From: Vulcanimicrobiota bacterium
Lineage (GTDB): Bacteria; Vulcanimicrobiota; Vulcanimicrobiia; Vulcanimicrobiales; Vulcanimicrobiaceae
Assembly (NCBI GenBank): GCA_963733295.1
Contig: CAVTCS010000003.1
Coordinates: forward strand, 128,001-192,000
Direction: 5' to 3'
Length of the DNA: 64,000 bases
Both the position numbers and the translations under genes were made by a program. The notes below the pieces were generated by a model, which was given only the letters and a program-made list of their open reading frames with translations, was not told where the DNA came from and did not search any database. Below, piece after piece: positions 39,931-49,772 of the stretch (positions are counted from its first letter, which is position 1; every line of letters starts with the position of its first letter).

Positions 39931-41046
39931 TTGCGCTTTCTCATCAGCGGATACTACGGCTTTGCGAACCTCGGCGACGAGGCGCTGCTCGCGATCATCG
40001 TCGCGCAACTGAAGTCTCGCTATCCGTTTGCGGAAATCGACGTTTTGTCGGCGCAACCTGACGCGACCGCCCACGAGCTAGGCGTCGAGGCGACTCCGCG
40101 CTGGGAGCAGAGTGCGATCCGGCGCGCGGTCGACCGGGCCGACATCGTGCTTTCTGGCGGCGGCGGCTTGCTGCAGAACGCGACGAGCTTAAAGAGCCTG
40201 ATCTACTACGCCGGAATCATCCGGACCGCGATTCACGCGCGCCGGAAGACGATGGTGTTCGCGCAGTCCGTCGGCCCACTCGACTTCTGGGGAAAGCAGA
40301 CCGTCCGGGAATGTTGTCGCGGGTTGAGCGCGGCGACCGTGCGCGACGAGATCTCGCGCGAGCTCTTCGTTCCGCTCGTGCCGGGGACCAGCGTCGAACG
40401 GACCGCCGATCCGGTATTCCTGTACGATCCGCCCGACGGCGAACAGAGCGTTCCGGAAGGACTCGGGGCGGAAAGCGATCCGCTCGTCGTCGTTTGCGTG
40501 CGCAAGACGGCGAACTGGAACGACGGAATCGCCGCGTTGGCCGCCGCAGTCGACGAGCTGGCGGAGCGGCACGGTGCGCGCACGGCGTTCATTCCGTTCG
40601 GTGGCCTCGCCGACGCCGAGGCCGCGACCATGGTCATTCGGAAGTGCCGCTCGCGTCCGATGCTCGTTCCGCTCGAGGGAATCGACGCCGTCGCGGCCGC
40701 GCTGTCGCGCGCCAAACTCGTCATCGGCGTACGCCTGCACGCCTTGATCCTTGCGATTCGATTCGGCGTTCCATTTCTGGCCGTACCTTACGATCCGAAA
40801 GTGCGCGGCCTGTGCGAAGACATTGGCTATCCACTCGCACCGCTCTGGACTCCCGGTGCGCGTTCCACGCCGCAACAGGCCGCCGAGCTGGCGGCTGAGG
40901 CTTGGTCGCGACGGACGCAACTCGCCGCGCTCCTGCGTGATGCCGCCCTGCAGATGCGGGTGAAGGCCGAGCGCAACTTCGAGGTTCTCGCCACGCTCGC
41001 GGGACGGCCCCAAGTACGGCGCGAACCGTTCGGATTCGATGTCTAA
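39931..41046 (+). CDS. csaB: Polysaccharide pyruvyl transferase CsaB
   Basis: ISGYYGFANLGDEA, SGGGGLLQNATS, AQSVGP, RLHALI, YDPKV. Confidence 0.92.
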   Translation: MRFLISGYYGFANLGDEALLAIIVAQLKSRYPFAEIDVLSAQPDATAHELGVEATPRWEQSAIRRAVDRADIVLSGGGGLLQNATSLKSLIYYAGIIRTAIHARRKTMVFAQSVGPLDFWGKQTVRECCRGLSAATVRDEISRELFVPLVPGTSVERTADPVFLYDPPDGEQSVPEGLGAESDPLVVVCVRKTANWNDGIAALAAAVDELAERHGARTAFIPFGGLADAEAATMVIRKCRSRPMLVPLEGIDAVAAALSRAKLVIGVRLHALILAIRFGVPFLAVPYDPKVRGLCEDIGYPLAPLWTPGARSTPQQAAELAAEAWSRRTQLAALLRDAALQMRVKAERNFEVLATLAGRPQVRREPFGFDV

Positions 41047-43859
41047 CAAAACTCTGACCACGGACTACCGTTCGACGCTGGCGCTTCCCAAGACGGATTT
41101 CCCGATGCGGGCGGACCTTGCCAAGCGCGAGCCGGCCCGCGTCGCCTGGTGGAAGGAGCACGACGTCTACACGCGGCGTTTGCAGCGCAACGCAGCCAAT
41201 CCGCCCTGGATCCTCCACGACGGTCCGCCCTACGCGAACGGTCAAGTGCACATGGGGACGTTCTTGAACCGCGTGATGAAAGACGTCTTCGTCAAGGTTC
41301 ATCTGCTCGACGGACGCTACGCGAAGTTCGTGCCGGGCTGGGACATGCACGGTCTGCCGATCGAGTTCGAAACGCTCAAGCACCTCGGGTTGCACTTCCG
41401 CGACATCGACCCGATCGCGCTGCGCGCCGCGTGCCGGGAGCGCGCCGAGCATTGGATGGACGTACAGCGCGAAACGTTCTTGCGGCTCGGGCAGTTCGGA
41501 GACTTCGAACATCCCTACCGCACGATCGACGCCGAATTCGAAGCGACGATCGTCGAGACGCTGGCCGATCTCGCCGAGCAGGGGCAGCTGTACAAGGGCC
41601 TGCGCGCGACGCTCTGGTGTATCGTCGACGAGACCGCGCTCGCCGAAGCCGAGATCGAGTATAAAGACCGCACCTCGCCGTCGATCTACGTGCGGTTCCC
41701 CGCCGATGCCGCGCAGCGTGACGACTTGCTGCTCCGCACGGAATTGGAAGCGGCCGGCGCTGCGCCGCTCTCGATTTTGATCTGGACGACGACGCCATGG
41801 ACGCTTCCGGGGAACGCCGCGGTCGCGGTTAAACCCGAAGCGCAGTACGGAATCTACCGCCGGGGCGACGAGTTGCTGCTGGTCGCGGACGCGCTCGCCG
41901 AGAGCGTCTTCGCGCGCGCGCCCGGACGCGCCGGCCGAACGGCTCGGCGGAGCGCAAGGCAGCGCGCTCGTCGGCGCGGCGGTACGGCATCCGTTGCTCG
42001 CCCGCGATTCGAAGATCGTCGGTGCGGAATACGTCGAACTGGATACGGGAACCGGCGCCGTCCACACCGCGCCCGGACACGGCGCCGACGACTTCGAGAC
42101 GGGCTTGAAGTTCGGCTTGCCGGTGTACAGTCCGGTCGATGCGCGCGGAAAGTTCACGAGCGAAGCGGTAGCGTACTCCGGACTCGAAGTGTTCGCGGCC
42201 AACGAGCGCATCGTAGCCGATTTGGAATCGAGCGGCCGGCTCTTCGCACGCGAGAGCTACGAGCATTCGTACCCGCACTGCTGGCGCTGCAAGAACCCCG
42301 TCATCTTTCGTGCGACGTCGCAGTGGTTCATCGCGATGGACGTCAACCGTCTGCGCAAGCGCATCGTCGAGAAGATCCCGCACGTGAAGTGGACGCCCGC
42401 CTGGGGCGAGGCGCGCATGACGCAGATGATCGAGCATCACCCCGAGTGGTGCATCTCGCGTCAGCGCACCTGGGGCACGCCGATCCCCGCGCTCGCATGC
42501 CTCGACTGCGGCACCGCCTTCATCGATCCCGACGTCGCGCGCAACGTGGCGAAGGTCTTTCGCGAACGCGCGGTTCCCGGCAAGAACGCCTCCGACGCGT
42601 GGTGGACCGACGACGTCGCGGCGTTCCTCCCGCCGAATTTGACCTGCCCGCACTGCCACGGTCGCGCGTTCGAGAAAGAGTTCAACATCGTCGACATCTG
42701 GTTCGAATCCGGCGTGACGCATCGCGCAGTCCTCAAGAAGCGCGAAGGTCTGCATTGGCCGGCCGACCTTTACCTCGAGGGCAGCGATCAATTCCGCGGC
42801 TGGTTTCGCAGCAATCTCGTCACCGCCGTGGCGACGCTAGGTGCGCCACCGTATCGTGGCGTCGTCGCGACCGGGTGGGTCGTCGACGCGGAAGGCCGCG
42901 CGATGCACAAGTCGGCCGGCAATTTCATCGCCGCGGAAGACGCGATGAACAAATACGGCGCCGACGTGTTACGGCTCTGGACCGCCTCGGTCGATTTCAC
43001 CGCAGACATGCGCTTCGGCGAGACGTTGCTCGAAGGCGTCGGTAGCGTCTACCGTAACTTCCGCTATCGCTTGCGGATGCTGCTCGGGTTGCTCGATGAC
43101 TTCGCGCTCGACAAAACGGTTCCGCGAGACGAACTGCACCCGCTCGACCGCCTGGCGCTGGCGAAGCTCGACGACGTCGCGCGCAGCGTTTCCAGCGCGT
43201 ACCGCGAGTACCGCTTGCACGACGTGTATCTGGCTTTGATCGCGTTCGATGCCGAGGACCTTTCGAGTTTCTACATCGACGCGCTCAAGGATCCGATGTA
43301 CTCGGGCGAACGCGACGGCAAACGGCGCCGCAGCGCGCAAACCGCGCTCTTCGAGATTCTGAAGGCCTCGATCGCGATGCTCGCTCCGCTCACTTCGTTT
43401 ACCTCCGAAGAGGCGTGGCAGCACGTTCCCGGGCGGCTGCGCGGCGACGCGTTCTCGGCGTTCGATTTGCCGCTGTCGGCGGGCAGCGAGCGCGGAACGC
43501 TCGAGAAAGCTCAACTCGACGAGTGGGCCGCGCTCAAACGTCTGCGCGCGACCGTCGCCTCCGCCGAAGGAATGCGCGACTTCCAGCTGCAGGCCGACGT
43601 CTACGCGCCGGCAGCACTTGCAGCGAAGCTCGCCGCGCTCGGCGACGACCTGCGGGAAGCGTTGATCGTGTCGGATCTGCACCTCCACGTCGATCCGGAG
43701 GCGGCAGCCGAGGCCGAGCCACGCGTCGTCCTTTCCCCCGCCTCAGGCGAGAAGTGCGAGCGCTGCTGGAAATACTTGGCGCTGGGAAGCGACCCGTTGC
43801 ATCCGACGCTGTGCGCGCCGTGCGCCGCGATCGTCCGCGGCTTCGACGCCGCTGCCTGA
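41039..43859 (+). CDS. ileS: Isoleucyl-tRNA synthetase (type 1), split by a +1 frame break near 41921
   Basis: HDGPPYANG, GWDMHGLP, WTTTPWT in frame 0; GTGAVHTAPGHG, WCISRQR, LEGSDQ.RGWF and C-terminal zinc finger in the +1 frame; essential gene, so probably a sequence error. Confidence 0.93.
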
Positions 43860-45069
43860 TTCAATCGCGCTGCGTCCCGCGGCGTGGACGGATCGTGAAG
43901 CAATCCTCGGCCTGACGCTCGCGATGGGCGGGCACGACGACGTCGCAGCGAACGCCGATCCGCTGCGCCATTTGGCAACGCTCTTGCGGCGCAGCGATGC
44001 GCGCGTCGTAGTAGCGGAAAGTGGCGGACGAGTCGCCGGCTTTGCGGAAATCCAAGCGCGTCCGACCTCGATCGGCGATGCATACGAGGCCTGGCTCGGA
44101 GCTCTCGCCGTTGCGCCGGATCTGCGCGGGCGCGGCATCGGAAGCGCGTTACTCGCAGCCGTCGACGGCGCCGCGCGCGAGCTCGGCTGTTCGCGCATCG
44201 AACTCGAAAGCTCCGAATGGCGCGACGAGGCGCACGCTTTCTACCGCGAGCGCGGCTACGACGAACGTACGCCGGCGCGGCGTTTCCGCCGTCAGGTTCC
44301 CGAGCGCCGGCACGCCTCGCTCGAAGAGCGCTTCCTCGACGCAGCGGCGCGCGCGGCGACCGGTGTCGTCTCGGCGATCGTCGACCTCGCAGCGCTCGAA
44401 GCGGTTGGCATGGGCGCCGACGGTGCGCCGACCGAAGCCGGAGATCGCGCTGCCGAGCGAGCCGCGCTCGAAGCGCTCGCGCCGCTCGGCATCCCAATCG
44501 TCAGCGAAGAGCGCGGGCTGATCGGCCCGATGCCGCGGACCGGTGACGCGTGGATCGCGCTCGATCCGCTCGACGGCAGCCGCAATTTCCGCGCGGGATA
44601 CCCGCCGTATGCGACGGCGATGGGTCTCGTGCGCGACGGGCGTCCGCTGGCGGGCTTCGTGTGCGAACTGGTTTCCGGCCGGCGCTGGTCGGCGCGCAGC
44701 GGCGGCGGTGCGTTTGCCGACGGCCGCGCCGTGCGGGCGCGGCGAGGAACGTTGCTCGGGCTGCCAAGTCCGATGCGCGATCGCGACGTGCCGCGTCCGC
44801 CGGGCGGCGCGCAGCGCATTCGCGTCTCGGGAAGCACCAGCATCGATTTGTGCCGGGTCGCGGAGGGCTCGCTGGGCGCGTTCGTCGCGTTCGAGCGAGG
44901 AGTGGTCCACGTGCACGATCTCGCCGGTCCGCTCGCGATCCTGATCGAGGCGGGCGCGACCGTCATCGACAAATCGGGCGCGGTCCCGCTGCTCGAGCCG
45001 GATCCTCAAGCCGTCTTTCACGTCGTCGCGGCGGCCGACGCCGATCTAGCGAACGAACTGCGCGGCTAG
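43852..45069 (+). CDS. GNAT acetyltransferase - inositol monophosphatase-family fusion
   Basis: LAVAPDLRGRGIGSALL and AFYRERGY (GNAT); VSEE, LDPLDGSRNF, HDLAG (IMPase); frame open from CTG 43852, first ATG at 43924. Confidence 0.82.
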   Translation: MPDSIALRPAAWTDREAILGLTLAMGGHDDVAANADPLRHLATLLRRSDARVVVAESGGRVAGFAEIQARPTSIGDAYEAWLGALAVAPDLRGRGIGSALLAAVDGAARELGCSRIELESSEWRDEAHAFYRERGYDERTPARRFRRQVPERRHASLEERFLDAAARAATGVVSAIVDLAALEAVGMGADGAPTEAGDRAAERAALEALAPLGIPIVSEERGLIGPMPRTGDAWIALDPLDGSRNFRAGYPPYATAMGLVRDGRPLAGFVCELVSGRRWSARSGGGAFADGRAVRARRGTLLGLPSPMRDRDVPRPPGGAQRIRVSGSTSIDLCRVAEGSLGAFVAFERGVVHVHDLAGPLAILIEAGATVIDKSGAVPLLEPDPQAVFHVVAAADADLANELRG

Positions 45070-45666
45070 AGACGTAAGGAGCCTGCGCGCGTCGCTTGCG
45101 ATGTCGGCGGCGGAGCCATCGGGCGGATATTCGATCAAGATCCGTCCGTTCTCATCGACCAAGTAAATCGTTTCGCCGTGCACGAACTCGCGCGACGCCG
45201 GTGCGACTTCGACGCCGAACTCGTTCCAAAGCGTCGCGAGTTGCGCCGGCTCGCTCGTGAATCCGACGATCCGCGAATCGAACGAGCGCGTGAAGGTTCG
45301 TAGCGCGGCCGGCGTGTCGCGCTCGGGGTCGACCGTGACGAAGGCCAGAGCGAGGTTCTTCGGCCGGCCGAGTTCCCGATCGGCGCGCGCCAGCGTCGAC
45401 ATCCCGAGCGGACAGACGTCGGGGCAATGCGTGTAGCCGAAGAACACGAGGGTGTACGCTGCGTCGGCACTGGGGAACCTCGCGCTCGACCCGGCCTCGT
45501 CGGTCAGCTGCAGCGGCACGAAGCTGCGGGCAGGCATGACCGGCGTGCCGCGCATGCTGGCGAGTTGCGTTTGCGAGGCTCGCCATGACAGGAACCCCTC
45601 AAGGCCGAGCGTCAAGGTCGCGACCACGAGGGCCACGATTGCGAGCGTGCGTAGACTAGGCCTCAT
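45046..45666 (-). CDS. SCO1/SenC copper chaperone
   Basis: FFGYTHCPDVCP, VTVDPERDTP, conserved His in HGETIYLVD; N-terminal TM. Confidence 0.93.
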   Translation of the reverse strand: MRPSLRTLAIVALVVATLTLGLEGFLSWRASQTQLASMRGTPVMPARSFVPLQLTDEAGSSARFPSADAAYTLVFFGYTHCPDVCPLGMSTLARADRELGRPKNLALAFVTVDPERDTPAALRTFTRSFDSRIVGFTSEPAQLATLWNEFGVEVAPASREFVHGETIYLVDENGRILIEYPPDGSAADIASDARRLLTSLAAQFVR

Positions 45667-45705
45667 CCTCGATCTCGTTATGCCTGCTGGATTTGGCCTC
45701 CCTCA

Positions 45706-45734
45706 TTGACAGAGGCGCTAGATCGGTGTAACGT
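45706..45734 (+). promoter_or_regulatory. Sigma70 promoter of the DAHP synthase leader
   Basis: TTGACA (45706-11)-N17-TAACGT (45729-34); predicted +1 at about 45741-45742. Confidence 0.7.
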
Positions 45735-45741
45735 CAGCGCA

Positions 45742-45807
45742 ATGTCGCTCCGCGCATCGGCCTACTGGTATTGGTTTATCCCGCATGATTCCGTGCCGGT
45801 GAGGTAA
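45742..45807 (+). CDS. Aromatic-amino-acid attenuator leader peptide MSLRASAYWYWFIPHDSVPVR
   Basis: ATG..TAC TGG TAT TGG TTT..TAA; five consecutive aromatic codons upstream of DAHP synthase; too short for the ORF track. Confidence 0.85.
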   Translation: MSLRASAYWYWFIPHDSVPVR

Positions 45808-45842
45808 AAGCGCGCTTCGAACGCCCCAAAACGTTCCCGTCG

Positions 45843-45867
45843 GCCACCCTCACCGGGTGGTTTTTTT
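45843..45867 (+). terminator. Attenuator terminator, mutually exclusive with antiterminator 45796-45804 / 45848-45856
   Basis: CCACCC-TCACC-GGGTGG followed by T7; CCGGTGAGG is the exact complement of CCTCACCGG. Confidence 0.9.
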
Positions 45868-45893
45868 ATTATCAGTCTACGAGGAGACAAAGC

Positions 45894-46724
45894 ATGGCCA
45901 GCCGTCATCCGCTCGCGAGCCGCAGCTCAGCCCGAACCAGCGTCGTCGATGTGGCGGGCGTGCGCTTCGGCGACGGCGAGTTCGTCCTCATCGGCGGACC
46001 TTGCGCCATCGAAGACGCGGACCAAATCGAATCGGTCGCGCAGGCGGTATCGACGGCCGGGGGCGTGATGCTTCGAGGTGGCGCGTACAAGCCTCGCACG
46101 TCGCCGTACGACTTTCAGGGGCTGGGTGACGAAGCGTTGCCTCTCATCGAACGGGCCGGCCGGCTCAGTGGCCTGCCGACGGTCGTCGAAGTCCTCTCCG
46201 AAACTCTGGTCGAGAGGATGGCTGCCCACGTCGACATGCTTCAGATCGGGGCGCGCAACATGCAGAACGTGCCGCTGCTGCGGGCAGCGGCTCGAAGCGG
46301 GCTTCCCATTCTTTTGAAGCGCGGTTCGTCCGCAACGCTCGAAGAGTTGCTCTTAGCGGCCGAGTACGTGTTGCTCGAAGGAAACGCGCGCGTCGTCCTG
46401 TGCGAACGCGGGATCCGGGGTTTCGACTGCGAGACGCGTAACGTGCTCGACCTCGGCGGCGCCCTTCGTCTGCGGGAGTTGACGCACTTGCCGGTCATCG
46501 TCGATCCTTCGCACGCTTCGGGCAGGCGTTCGCTGATCGAGCCGCTGACCGTCGCCGCCGCCGCGGCCGGCCTCGACGGCGCGATCGTCGAGGTTCATCC
46601 GGCCCCGGATCGGGCGCTCTCGGACGCCGCGCAGGCCATCGATTGCGATGCATTCGAGCGGCTCGCGCGGCGGGTTCGCGCTGTTACCGCCGCGCTTCGT
46701 CCAACAGAACCGGCTTACGCGTGA
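45894..46724 (+). CDS. aroF: 3-deoxy-7-phosphoheptulonate (DAHP) synthase, type I-beta, catalytic domain only
   Basis: GPCAIE, GAYKPRTS, QIGARNMQN, LKRG, CERGIR, DPSH; GAGGAG RBS; 276 aa. Confidence 0.93.
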   Translation: MASRHPLASRSSARTSVVDVAGVRFGDGEFVLIGGPCAIEDADQIESVAQAVSTAGGVMLRGGAYKPRTSPYDFQGLGDEALPLIERAGRLSGLPTVVEVLSETLVERMAAHVDMLQIGARNMQNVPLLRAAARSGLPILLKRGSSATLEELLLAAEYVLLEGNARVVLCERGIRGFDCETRNVLDLGGALRLRELTHLPVIVDPSHASGRRSLIEPLTVAAAAAGLDGAIVEVHPAPDRALSDAAQAIDCDAFERLARRVRAVTAALRPTEPAYA

Positions 46725-46727
46725 CGC

Positions 46728-47120
46728 TCAGACGCTGAGATCGTACCGGTCGCCGCTGCTGTCGCAGCCGTTCGCCGTACGCGGGTCCATACGGAACGTG
46801 AACGTCGTCGTTCCGTCGCCCGCGTCCGAATTGCGTTGGAACGAATAGAGGAACGTATACGTTCCTCCGGCTTTCAGCGGCGGAACGCCTTTCTGATCGA
46901 CCTTCGTGCCGTCGCGGTAGATATCGACGGACTGCAGCACGTTCCCGGCTTGGGAGAGGTCGCCGCGGTTCAGCACGCTCACCCGCAGCGTGTAGTCGTT
47001 GATTTCGCCGACCTGCGTCGTGCGGTCGACGGCGACCGACGAGATGGCCGGAAGTGCGCCGGCACACGGCGCTCCCATGCCGTTCTGCGCTATTAACGTT
47101 GCCAAAAGAATCGCAAACAT
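46728..47120 (-). CDS. Small secreted Ig/CARDB-like protein
   Basis: Hydrophobic N-terminus; V.N.G..., VPPLKAGGTYTF pattern. Confidence 0.55.
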   Translation of the reverse strand: MFAILLATLIAQNGMGAPCAGALPAISSVAVDRTTQVGEINDYTLRVSVLNRGDLSQAGNVLQSVDIYRDGTKVDQKGVPPLKAGGTYTFLYSFQRNSDAGDGTTTFTFRMDPRTANGCDSSGDRYDLSV

Positions 47121-47132
47121 CGTACGTTCCCC

Positions 47133-47594
47133 CTACTTCGAGGCGGGCTCGGGCATCGCGTCGCGATCCTCGTCGGGGCCGTCGTACGGCGGGTTAACGA
47201 CTTTACCATCGGCAAAGGTCGCCGTCACGACGCGGCACATTTCCGGTCCGGCTCCGGCCCACGCAACGCCGCCGAGCTGGTTAAACTGATGCGTGATCGC
47301 CGTTTGGTACCCGAAGGATCCGGTGTCGGTCACCGTCACGGGCTTACCGGCATAGCGCACCCGAAAGGTTATCGACGTCAGCGCGCTTCCCTCGACGTTG
47401 TTGAAGTAATTAATGCGCAAGCTGTTCGGGCTGACCGTGCTGTTGCTCGTGTTCTCGTTCACGGTGCACGAGGTGATCGTCACCGGTCCCGATTTATACG
47501 GAAACTGTTGCTTGGGCAGCGGTTGGGCCGCCGCGGTGCCCGCGAGAGCAAGCATTGCGAGGAGGGCGGCTCCGCCCGTCAGTTGTTTGGTCAT
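47133..47594 (-). CDS. Secreted hypothetical protein
   Basis: GGAGG RBS, signal peptide AAA-Q, two Cys. Confidence 0.65.
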   Translation of the reverse strand: MTKQLTGGAALLAMLALAGTAAAQPLPKQQFPYKSGPVTITSCTVNENTSNSTVSPNSLRINYFNNVEGSALTSITFRVRYAGKPVTVTDTGSFGYQTAITHQFNQLGGVAWAGAGPEMCRVVTATFADGKVVNPPYDGPDEDRDAMPEPASK

Positions 47595-47692
47595 GTCAAC
47601 CTCCGCCCCGGTTCTTGCCCGCTGAGTGCGCTATCCAAAACGCACCTGGCTCGCCGAGCAGAGAAGCGAGCACCTTCCTGAGGGGTATGCTC

Positions 47693-48610
47693 TTAGCGTT
47701 GCGTTCCGTAAGTGAGCCACGCGTCGTAGCGTGGCTCCCCTCCGCGGACCGCGCGCGAATAAATGTAGCGTAGCCGTTCGGTGACGGGACGATCGATCGA
47801 GTATTCGTGGTCGTCGACACAGAGGATGGGGATGATCTCGGCGGCGGTTCCGGTGAAGAACGCCTCGTCGGCGGCGAGCAGATCGGCCGGCGAAATCGGA
47901 CCGATCGTACAGCCGATTCCTTCGTCACGAGCGATGCGCAAGACGGAGTCGCGCGTGATCCCGTACAGGATGTCGGCCGACGCGTCGTTCGTGCGCAGAG
48001 CGCCGTCCGCAACGATGAAGATATTCTCGCCGCTTCCCTCGCAGACGTCGCCGCGATCGTTGAGCAGGATTGCCTCGTCGAAACCGCGCGCGACCGCGTC
48101 CTGAAGCGCCAGCACGGAATTCGTGTAGTGTCCGCCGGCCTTGACCGTCGAGGGCATCGCCAGCGACGAGAACTTTTGCACCGGTGAAATCGTCGCTCGC
48201 GCGCCGGGCGCGCCTTCCATGAGCGGAGGAAAACCGAAAACCGCGATCATCACGTGCGTCGAACAGCGCATCCGGGGTGCGAGCGCGATCGTTTCGTCGC
48301 CGAAATAGGCGAGCGGCCGCAGGTAGGCATCGTCCAGACCGCTGGCCGCGAGCGTCTCGAGTGCAGCGGCGTGGAGTTCCTCGAGCGAGTACGCGATCGA
48401 AAGACCGTAATGGTTCGCCGACGCAAAAAAGCGACTGAGATGATCGTCGAGCCGGAAGATCGCGACGCCGCGCGGCGTCGGATAGGCGCGGATGCCCTCG
48501 AAGACCGAGGTTCCGTAATGCAGCCCGTGTGCGAGAATCGGTGCGTGCGCCTCGTTCGCGTCGACGACGCGTCCCTCGATCCAATACGTGCGTCCGGGCG
48601 AGGCCTTCAC
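47693..48610 (-). CDS. ilvE: Branched-chain amino acid aminotransferase
   Basis: LHYGTSVFEGIRAY, YLRP, KAGGHY, EGSGENIF, GITR, FFTGTAAE. Confidence 0.93.
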   Translation of the reverse strand: MKASPGRTYWIEGRVVDANEAHAPILAHGLHYGTSVFEGIRAYPTPRGVAIFRLDDHLSRFFASANHYGLSIAYSLEELHAAALETLAASGLDDAYLRPLAYFGDETIALAPRMRCSTHVMIAVFGFPPLMEGAPGARATISPVQKFSSLAMPSTVKAGGHYTNSVLALQDAVARGFDEAILLNDRGDVCEGSGENIFIVADGALRTNDASADILYGITRDSVLRIARDEGIGCTIGPISPADLLAADEAFFTGTAAEIIPILCVDDHEYSIDRPVTERLRYIYSRAVRGGEPRYDAWLTYGTQR

Positions 48611-48653
48611 GTTAGCGCGGCTTCCAGACCTTCGATGCGGACGCCTTCGCGAG

Positions 48654-49772
48654 TCAGTCCGGCGTTGGGGCTAAGGCGCCGAGGGTCGCGTCGCGGAAGA
48701 CGCTCCAGCGCGCTCGTTCGATCGCGTCACGAGCTTCTCGCACGACATCCAGCAGGAGCGCGAGGTTGTGGTATGAGAGCAGGCGCGGGCCGAGCATTTC
48801 TTCGGCGCGGAAGAGATGCGAGAGGTAGGCGCGGGTGAACGTCGCGCACACCGAACAGGCGCACCTGGCATCGAGCGGCCCTTGATCGGTTGCGAAGCCG
48901 GCGTTGCGGATGTTGAGATCGCCCTCGCGAGTCATCGCACGGCCGTTACGGCCGCAACGCGTCGGATAGACGCAGTCGAAAAGGTCGATGCCGCAATCGA
49001 TCGCGGAAATCACGTCGCGCACCGTACCGACGCCCATGAGATAGCGCGGCCGGTCCGGCGGCAGGAGCTCCGCGGTAGAGCGCGCGGTGCGCTCGAGCTC
49101 GGCGCGCGACTCACCCACCGACAGCCCGCCGATGGCGTAACCCGGGAGGTCGAGTGCGACGAGGTCCCGAGCGCTGCGGGCCCGCGCGCGCTCGTCCAGT
49201 CCGCCTTGAACGATGGCGAAGAGGAGGGTCGTGTCGCGGCGGCGCGCCCGGGCGCAGCGCGCCGCCCACAAACTCGTGAGCCTGACCGCTTCGTCGATTG
49301 CGGCGGGTTCGGCCGGAAGCTTGACGCAGACGTCCAGCGCCATCGCGACGTCGACGCCGAGCGCTTCCTGAAACGCGACGACGTTCTCGGGCGTGAAGTG
49401 ATGCTCGCTGCCGTCGAGATGCGAGCGAAAGCGGACGCCGTCGTCGTCGAGCGTGCGCCGCGACTCCAAACTGAAGACTTGGAATCCGCCGCTGTCGGTG
49501 AGAATCGGCAAATCCCAGCCCATGAACGCATGCAATCCGCCGGCGGCCTCGATCGTTTCCAGACCTGGCCGCAGCCAGAGATGGTAGGTGTTCGCCAAGA
49601 CGATCTGCGTGCCGATCTCGCGCAGATCGTGTGGCGTGAGACCTTTGACGGTGGCCGCAGTTCCAACCGGCATGAACGCGGGCGTGTCGACGCTGCCGTG
49701 AGCGAGCGTCAGCGTGCCTCGTCGCGCTCCGCCGTCCGTCGCGTGCAGTCTGAATGGGTCTGCCGGACTCAA
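48654..49772 (-). CDS. tgt: tRNA-guanine transglycosylase
   Basis: TPAFMPVGT, NTYHL, TDSGGFQ, GGLSVGE, PRYLMGVG, FDCV.PTR, C.C..C; TTG start overlapping the rluD stop. Confidence 0.96.
   Translation of the reverse strand: MSPADPFRLHATDGGARRGTLTLAHGSVDTPAFMPVGTAATVKGLTPHDLREIGTQIVLANTYHLWLRPGLETIEAAGGLHAFMGWDLPILTDSGGFQVFSLESRRTLDDDGVRFRSHLDGSEHHFTPENVVAFQEALGVDVAMALDVCVKLPAEPAAIDEAVRLTSLWAARCARARRRDTTLLFAIVQGGLDERARARSARDLVALDLPGYAIGGLSVGESRAELERTARSTAELLPPDRPRYLMGVGTVRDVISAIDCGIDLFDCVYPTRCGRNGRAMTREGDLNIRNAGFATDQGPLDARCACSVCATFTRAYLSHLFRAEEMLGPRLLSYHNLALLLDVVREARDAIERARWSVFRDATLGALAPTPD

Noticed and set aside
41039..43859. ileS as a true pseudogene
   Set aside because: Essential gene with all domains intact and a single 1-nt break; error or recoding is more plausible
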